Source of the DNA: Verrucomicrobiota bacterium
Lineage (GTDB): Bacteria > Verrucomicrobiota > Verrucomicrobiia > Chthoniobacterales > UBA6821
Direction: 5' to 3'
DNA length: 22,249 bases
Assembly (NCBI GenBank): GCA_008932965.1
Contig: WBXG01000026.1
Location: 1 to 22,249, forward strand
The notes under the pieces were generated by a model that saw only the letters and a list, made by a program, of their open reading frames with translations, did no database searches and was not told where the DNA came from. Made by a program: the position numbers and the translations under genes. Shown here in pieces: positions 17,599 to 22,249 of the stretch (the first letter of the stretch is position 1; every line of letters starts with the position of its first letter).

Positions 17599-17632
17599 GA
17601 ACCCGGATATCTCTATGAAATACCTGGGTTAG
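17599..17632. repeat. Miniature, degenerate derivative of the repeat family (TIR-only)
   Basis: gaacccggatat-ctct-atgaaatacctgggttag joins left-TIR and right-TIR cores back to back. It lies between the PAP2 start and the stop of the thioredoxin-like gene. Confidence 0.5.
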
Positions 17633-17655
17633 CTAGGAAGTGCAGTAAGTAGGTT

Positions 17656-18231
17656 CTATCCTTCTTGTTGAATCTTCCACTTGATGCTGCAGCCCAGTGA
17701 GAGAGGAAATGGCTCTGGTACTTTTTCTCCACGGTAAACAGCTTCCAGTGCAAGATTCAGATTACTCCCAGTTATTGGAATTCCATTTTTAGGCGTACTG
17801 GCATCAAAGCGCCCATGATAGGCCAGCTGAAGCTCATCATTAAATAGAAAAAAATCTGGGGTGCAGGTAGCTGTAAAACTCTGAGCGACTTCCTGTGTTT
17901 CATCAAAGAGGATAGGAAATGGAATCCGCTCCTGCTGCACCATCTCTCTTAGGGAATCAGGAGCATCCTCAGGATAGGTAGTAGCATCATTGGAACAAAT
18001 ACCTACAAAGCCGATCCCAAGTGGCATGAAGCGATGAGCCATCTCTATTAATTCTTTTTGAAGGTGCTTTACGTAAGGGCAATGACGACAGAGAAAAATA
18101 ACAAGTATTCCTTTAGCAAAGGAGGCCTGCAGATCCGTAGGCGTCACCTGTTGCCCAGTAAGAACCTCTAAGAGAGAAAATGGAGGGATAGGTCTCCCAA
18201 CCGGCATGGAATCAAGAGCAGTAGTAGACAT
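17656..18231 (-). CDS. Thioredoxin-fold thiol-disulfide oxidoreductase (AhpC/TSA-like family)
   Basis: VIFLCRHCPYVKHL contains a CxxC motif in a thioredoxin-fold context. The protein is 191 aa, and ..PDFFLFN..YHGRFD is typical of this redoxin group. Confidence 0.7.
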   Translation of the reverse strand: MSTTALDSMPVGRPIPPFSLLEVLTGQQVTPTDLQASFAKGILVIFLCRHCPYVKHLQKELIEMAHRFMPLGIGFVGICSNDATTYPEDAPDSLREMVQQERIPFPILFDETQEVAQSFTATCTPDFFLFNDELQLAYHGRFDASTPKNGIPITGSNLNLALEAVYRGEKVPEPFPLSLGCSIKWKIQQEG

Positions 18232-18533
18232 GATAAAAAAGTTGATGTTACAGTTACACTACCTAGAAGCGAGACGCAATAGACTTAACCCGGATATTTC
18301 ATACTGAAGTGTCATGAGGCGCCGTGCAAAGCTTATTAGTGCAAGGCGGGCGAAGGATTGGGATGCCGGGCTGTATGTCTCATACTGCCCAAATCACAAT
18401 TCGAGACCAACGCAGTAATGATGAGCTTTGCACAAGCGAATTGACTCATAAGTTTTGACACCCGAGCGAGGAAAAAGCAGCAGGGGAAAAAGGGACGTTG
18501 ACTCATAAAGGATGACACCGGCAACTAAGTAGG

Positions 18534-19676
18534 ATGCCAATGTCAAAAACAATAGCAAAAGAGATGCTGCCTCGGCTGAGACAGCGATATACAATACGGG
18601 GAATGGAAGGGAAAAGACGCCTCATTACCGAAGTTTGCGAGCAATGGGAATACAGTCGTAAACATGCCATCAAGCTCCTCAATGCGAAAGCTGGCTGGGG
18701 TGGTGATCCTAATAAAAAAAAGGGACGACCGTCTCTTTATGGCGAGGAGGTGGGAAAAGTATTATGGAATCTTTGGAAAGTATCTCAGCAACCATGCGGT
18801 AAACGTTTGGCTCCGATGATAAGCCTGTGGCTTCCTTACTATGAAGAGGATCGGGGTCAATTAAAGAAAACCATCAAAGAGCAATTACTCAAAATTAGTC
18901 TGGCTCAGATAGATCGTCTGCTAGCTCCTCGCAAAGCAAAAGCAGGAGTAAAAGGCCGCTGTGGCACCAAACCAGGAGGGCTCTTAAAAACACAGATTCC
19001 GATCCGTACAAATCATTGGGATGTGACTCGGCCGGGATTTTTAGAAGCCGATACAGTTGCTCATTGCGGAGTATCTTTAGAAGGAGACTTTATTTGGAGT
19101 GTAACCTACACGGACATCTTTAGTGGATGGACAACCAATCGAGCAGTCTGGAATAAAGGTAGTGATGGAATCGTCAAAGCAACTCGTTCAGTAGAGTCTC
19201 TACTTCCTTTTGAACTTCTAGGCTTTGATTCCGACAACGGAAGTGAGTTTTTAAATAATCATCTGGTACGTTATTTTCAAGAGCGTCAGAAGAAGGTTGG
19301 ATTTACTCGCTCTAGGCCTTATCACAAAAATGACAATGCCTATGTAGAGCAAAAAAACTGGACACACGTCCGGCAGCTTTTTGGCTACGATCGTTTTGGA
19401 GATATTGCTTTGCTACCTCTAGCTAACGAGATCTACACAGATATCTGGGAGCCTTTAAATAATTTTTTCAAACCTTGCATGAAGCTTCTGAGCAAAGAAC
19501 GCCATGGAGCTAAAATAAAAAAGCGATATGATAAACCACTCACTCCTTGCGATCGCTTGCTTCAAAGCGAGCACATCACTGAAGAGGTTAAAGAAACTCT
19601 TCGTTGTCAACGAGCCGCTCTTAACCCCCTTAAGCTAGCTCGCAGCTTAGAAGAAAAACTTCGCGCACTGCATTAG
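18534..19676 (+). CDS. DDE transposase with an integrase (rve) catalytic core, ISNCY/IS481-like
   Basis: The N-terminal region is HTH-like (RLRQRYTIRGMEGKRRLITEVCEQWEYSRKHAIKLL). The candidate DDE triad is EADTVAHCG, LGFDSDNGSEFLN and HKNDNAYVEQKNW. Confidence 0.85.
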   Translation: MPMSKTIAKEMLPRLRQRYTIRGMEGKRRLITEVCEQWEYSRKHAIKLLNAKAGWGGDPNKKKGRPSLYGEEVGKVLWNLWKVSQQPCGKRLAPMISLWLPYYEEDRGQLKKTIKEQLLKISLAQIDRLLAPRKAKAGVKGRCGTKPGGLLKTQIPIRTNHWDVTRPGFLEADTVAHCGVSLEGDFIWSVTYTDIFSGWTTNRAVWNKGSDGIVKATRSVESLLPFELLGFDSDNGSEFLNNHLVRYFQERQKKVGFTRSRPYHKNDNAYVEQKNWTHVRQLFGYDRFGDIALLPLANEIYTDIWEPLNNFFKPCMKLLSKERHGAKIKKRYDKPLTPCDRLLQSEHITEEVKETLRCQRAALNPLKLARSLEEKLRALH

Positions 19677-19729
19677 GAGCGAAGTTCAACTCGTCCTACG
19701 GACGACTTGAACTTCGCTCCTAATGCAGT
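19667..19729 (+). other. Long near-perfect hairpin (30 stem positions, 29 paired, one C-C mismatch, 3-nt loop) overlapping the transposase stop codon
   Basis: actgcattaggagcgaagttcaactcgtcc-tac-ggacgacttgaacttcgctcctaatgcagt, checked base by base. The stop TAG at 19674-19676 lies in the 5' arm. No T-tract follows the 3' arm. Confidence 0.85.
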
Positions 19730-19876
19730 TATTACTACCAGCAACGTTAACAAAAATACCATCACCACGGTGTCATGACTTTTGAGGTAACATTCCCACT
19801 TTCCTAGACCCATCGGGTGTCATTTACTTTTGAGGCAATGCGCAAGCCGTAATAGATTTAGTGTGAAATATGCGGG

Positions 19877-19955
19877 TTAACCCGAATATTTCATACCGAT
19901 TCTGCTGCGGCTTGAGAACACCTCATGGCACTTCAGTAGGAAATATCCGGGCTAG
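19877..19955. repeat. Short derivative of the repeat family (79 bp), made of a left end plus an inverted left end, abutting copy D
   Basis: The sequence is ttaacccgaatatttcataccgattc...cctcatggcacttcagtaggaaatatccgggctag. Its right half is the reverse complement of the copy D left end (cccggatatttcatactgaagtgtcatgagg). It shares TTAA 19877-19880 with copy D and ends in CTAG. Confidence 0.7.
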
Positions 19956-19970
19956 AATTCAGCATGGATG

Positions 19971-20450
19971 TTAAAAAGGGATATCATCATCCTCATCACT
20001 CGATTCTATGCGTGCAGCAGGTGATAACGGTTTTGATGGAACCTCTTGAGAGGCCTTTGTAGGAGAGCGCATAGAGTAGCCCTCCTCTTCCTGAGAAGAA
20101 TTATTACCTCCTCCTGGACGTGAGCCAAGCAACTGCATATTTTCTCCGACAACACGAAGACGTGTTCTTTTTTGACCAGAGGTTTTGTCTTCCCATGAAT
20201 CGAGTTGAAGGCGACCTTCAATGTAGATGGAACGCCCTTTTTTACAGTACTCCGCTGCAATTTCAGCCTGACGTCCCCAGAGTGTCACATCTACAAAGGT
20301 CGTCTCTTCCCGTTTTTCTCCATTTTCACTGGAATAAAAACGATTAATCGCAATACCGAGATCAGTAACAGCACTCCCTTTGGGAGTGTATTTGATTTCA
20401 GGATCACGAGTAACATTACCGATGATTTGTACTTTATTGAGGTTAGCCAT
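19971..20450 (-). CDS. ssb: Single-stranded DNA-binding protein
   Basis: MANLNKVQIIGNVTRDPEIKYTPKGSAVTDLGIAINR is the OB fold. A Gly/Ser-rich linker follows, then the canonical acidic tail DEDDDIPF. Confidence 0.95.
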   Translation of the reverse strand: MANLNKVQIIGNVTRDPEIKYTPKGSAVTDLGIAINRFYSSENGEKREETTFVDVTLWGRQAEIAAEYCKKGRSIYIEGRLQLDSWEDKTSGQKRTRLRVVGENMQLLGSRPGGGNNSSQEEEGYSMRSPTKASQEVPSKPLSPAARIESSDEDDDIPF

Positions 20451-20498
20451 GAGAAGAATTAGTTCAGGGTTTGCAAACGTCTTTTAATACTTTCTTAA

Positions 20499-20855
20499 TT
20501 AAGCCTCAACACTGGCCTTTTTAAGTTTCATTGCTGGCTTCGGTGCCTTGGTAGTAGCAGTAGAAACTTCTCCTTTTTGAAAATAATTTTGGAGAGTAAC
20601 TTCTTCTAGTAATGCCAGCTTCTGCCTGATCTTAGCAATCGAAGCAGGTTCTGCTGTGATCATAAAGTTAGTGTAAAAAGCAGAGTTTTGGTGACGATGA
20701 GGATAAGCAAATTCTTTTCGATCGAGTCGTTGAATTTCCTCAACAATAGCTCCTTCTGAATTCATTATTTTCTCAAGGCGCTCCAAGAGTGTTTTGATCT
20801 CTTCTTCATTACTGCTCACAATAAGAGCAAGTAGGATTTCATAATAGTTTCTCAT
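20499..20855 (-). CDS. rpsF: 30S ribosomal protein S6
   Basis: MRNYYEILLAL..EEIKTLLERLEKIM..GAIVEEIQRLDRKEFAYP follows the S6 pattern. The gene lies directly upstream of ssb, as in rpsF-ssb operons. Confidence 0.88.
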   Translation of the reverse strand: MRNYYEILLALIVSSNEEEIKTLLERLEKIMNSEGAIVEEIQRLDRKEFAYPHRHQNSAFYTNFMITAEPASIAKIRQKLALLEEVTLQNYFQKGEVSTATTKAPKPAMKLKKASVEA

Positions 20856-20995
20856 AATAATTTTACTGCATATCCGATGTTATATTAAAGGTCGGGGAGG
20901 ACCCTGTTTTTAAATTCTCTGAGGCTGAGGAGTGGCGATAAATCGACAATGCAAGCTAGCCCTTTTGAGGTTTCAGTAAATTTTTAAAACAGTCA

Positions 20996-21655
20996 CTAAG
21001 GATTGTAAAAATTCATCGTTTTGTCGAGGCCTTCTTGACGAAGATATCTTAAGGCATCAACCGCTCTCCTTATGGAAGACTTCATGAGTGGTAATTCCTC
21101 TTTAGAAAAAGGAGCTAATACATAGTGAGAAAGAGATGTGGAGTGGATCTCTAGATCTGATTGAGAAACATCTTCAGGGGCACTCACCCCGAGGCGCATG
21201 CGCGGAACCTCTTGAGTTGAAAAATGAGTTAAAATCGATTCGAGTCCACGTTGACCACCCGCACTGCCCGAGCGTCTCAGCCGTAGTTTACCTAATGGAA
21301 GGGCGACATCGTCAAGAACCGCCAATACCTGAGCTGCTATGAGATGAAAAAAACGTGCGTAGGAAGCAACAGCAGTTCCACTCAAATTCATAAATGTCCT
21401 CGGCTTCATTAAGACCCAATGGGCATCCACATGATCGACAGCAGGAATTTTTGCTATATCTGCATTCCACTTTGATTCAAACGAAAAGGAGACACCATGG
21501 TCTTTTGCCAATGCATCAAGAACTGCAAACCCAATATTATGTCGAGTCCCGTCATACTCGCGTCCAGGGTTACCTAACCCAACGATAAGACGAATCTTGG
21601 TTTCAGACGCTTTAAAAGCGGTATTGCTGTGTACTAATAATTCGCTGTTACCCAT
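20996..21655 (-). CDS. pth: Peptidyl-tRNA hydrolase
   Basis: LIVGLGNPGREYDGTRHNIGF, FMNLSG and the other Pth signatures are present. There is an N-terminal extension of about 20 aa before the conserved core, so the start is uncertain. Confidence 0.88.
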   Translation of the reverse strand: MGNSELLVHSNTAFKASETKIRLIVGLGNPGREYDGTRHNIGFAVLDALAKDHGVSFSFESKWNADIAKIPAVDHVDAHWVLMKPRTFMNLSGTAVASYARFFHLIAAQVLAVLDDVALPLGKLRLRRSGSAGGQRGLESILTHFSTQEVPRMRLGVSAPEDVSQSDLEIHSTSLSHYVLAPFSKEELPLMKSSIRRAVDALRYLRQEGLDKTMNFYNP

Positions 21656-21753
21656 GTGCAGGTTGCAATTGTTATAAAAGAGATAGTTTCGTCAGAAAAA
21701 CTGATATTTAGCAAGGATTGTAATTAGACCATTCTGGACTAGCCGTAATGGGT

Positions 21754-22025
21754 TTAACCCGCATATTTCATACTGATTCGTCGCGAGGCGCCGCGAATCC
21801 TGATGCAGACCCCACCGGCGGTCGGGAGACCGCGGTGGAGACTGCCCTGGCTTTAAGGGGGCAGCCCTGAAAGGGCGAGACGAGCGGTAGCGAGCGAGTC
21901 AACGAAGGTGATGGATTGTGACGACGGCTGTAGGAGTCCCTACTGCCCGAGGAAGACTTCGAACTTGGGCGCCGTATCTACCCTTGTTTCCCGCTTTACG
22001 CACCAGATTGGGATGAAATGTTTAC
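21754..22025 (+). repeat. Repeat family copy E (long form, about 272 bp), with a degenerate right TIR
   Basis: The left end is ttaacccgcatatttcatactgattcg. The GC-rich module at about 21806-21885 is shared with copy C. The central ggctgtaggagtccctactgcccgaggaagacttcg is shared with A and B. The right end has decayed to ..gattgggatgaaatgtttac. A right-end remnant, ccgtaatgggtttaa, sits just upstream at about 21744-21757. Confidence 0.8.
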
Positions 22026-22044
22026 AATCTATTTTTCTGAGATC

Positions 22045-22249
22045 TTACGCTTCCCAATCACTACTCTCCGGTTTCATCGTAATGGAAAGGCGACGATGGG
22101 TTTTCAACTTCCATAATTTATCTCCGATATTCCAGAGGGAATAGAGAATTAAAACAGGGTAGATAATTTGAATCATGGGAGATAAAAGACTCATGATACG
22201 ACTGAAACCAAGATTGGTAACACAGGCAGTAATGAGACTTGTAATAGCA
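22045..22249 (-). CDS. C-terminal part of a membrane protein (function unknown). The 5' part lies beyond the window end.
   Basis: My own translation of the minus strand in the frame entering from 22248 gives an open frame: AITSLITACVTNLGFSRIMSLLSPMIQIIYPVLILYSLWNIGDKLWKLKTHRRLSITMKPESSDWEA*. The stop is the complement of tta at 22045-22047. The sequence is hydrophobic and then has a basic tail. It is missing from the ORF track because no start codon lies in the window. Confidence 0.45.
   Translation of the reverse strand, partial: AITSLITACVTNLGFSRIMSLLSPMIQIIYPVLILYSLWNIGDKLWKLKTHRRLSITMKPESSDWEA

Larger units (their letters stand above)
18429..19844 (+). mobile_element. Insertion sequence of about 1.4 kb with an rve-type DDE transposase. 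The ends begin TG and finish CA, with duplicated subterminal repeats. Boundaries are approximate.
   Basis: The imperfect IRs are tgcacaagcgaattgactcataag.. on the left and ..cttttgaggcaatgcgca on the right. A ~22-nt motif occurs twice at each end in inverted orientation: ttgactcataagttttgacacc at 18441-18462, ttgactcataaaggatgacacc at 18498-18519, ggtgtcatgacttttgaggtaa at 19769-19790 and ggtgtcatttacttttgaggcaa at 19816-19838. Confidence 0.7.
18285..19880 (+). repeat. Repeat family copy D, split by a nested IS (left part 18285-18428, right part 19845-19880)
   Basis: The left part (ttaacccggatatttcatactgaagtg...ggctgtatgtctcatactgccc...caacgcag) is colinear with about the first 130 nt of copy A. 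The right part is ccgtaatagatttagtgtgaaatatgcgggttaa. TTAA sits at both ends. Confidence 0.8.

Noticed and set aside
20885-20915. A possible terminator-like hairpin, GGTC-ggggag-GACC followed by ctgttttt, lies between pth and rpsF.
   Set aside because: The stem has only 4 bp, and the T-run is on the + strand while both flanking genes are on the - strand. On the - strand no U-tract follows the stem.
21795-21850. The long-form module superficially resembles cobalamin-riboswitch elements. GCGAAUCC..GCAGACCCCACC and GGAGACUGCC resemble the B12-box, as I recall it.
   Set aside because: This rests on memory of the consensus only. The other core motifs (AGGGAA, GCCACUG...GGGAAGGC) are absent and the order of elements differs. 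The sequence sits inside a TIR-bounded multicopy repeat, not upstream of a cobalamin-related gene. A cmscan against RF00174 would settle it.
5667-22025. The recurring repeats could be a CRISPR array or integron attC sites.
   Set aside because: The units are 185-275 bp and internally complex, and they are separated by whole genes of very different lengths. There are no cas genes, and no intI integrase or attI. The units have inverted terminal repeats and TA-centred flanks, as transposable elements do.

Overview
The window is a low-GC bacterial chromosomal segment with compact genes and almost no Shine-Dalgarno motifs upstream of the start codons. A PVC-type organism (Chlamydiae or Verrucomicrobia) is only a weak guess.

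Most genes are housekeeping:
- A GT9 heptosyltransferase broken by an in-frame TAA-TAA.
- A GH26-like hydrolase, serS, tilS and a mannose-1-phosphate guanylyltransferase.
- On the minus strand: xseA, a DegT-type aminotransferase, an APC permease, folA-thyA, recO, a PAP2 phosphatase, a thioredoxin-like protein, ssb, rpsF and pth.

The unusual content lies between the genes. Nearly every long intergenic gap from about 5.6 kb to 22.0 kb holds a copy or fragment of one repeat family.
- The family has a short form of about 185 bp and a long form of about 275 bp, bounded by about 26-bp terminal inverted repeats (TTAACCCGGATATTTCATACTGATCG and its complement). Flanks read YTAR (TTAA, CTAG or TTAG).
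- There are five large copies, three miniature copies made of the terminal repeats alone, and several end fragments.
- Internal stems keep their pairing through different sequences in different copies, which suggests a selected RNA or ssDNA structure rather than passive MITE decay.
- One copy carries a nested IS of about 1.4 kb. The IS encodes an rve-type DDE transposase, has duplicated subterminal sites, and has a 30-position hairpin over its stop codon.
- Two A+T-rich orphan genes (527 aa and 542 aa) and a periplasmic LTXXQ-motif protein sit directly against repeat copies.

I saw no CRISPR array, tRNA or rRNA.
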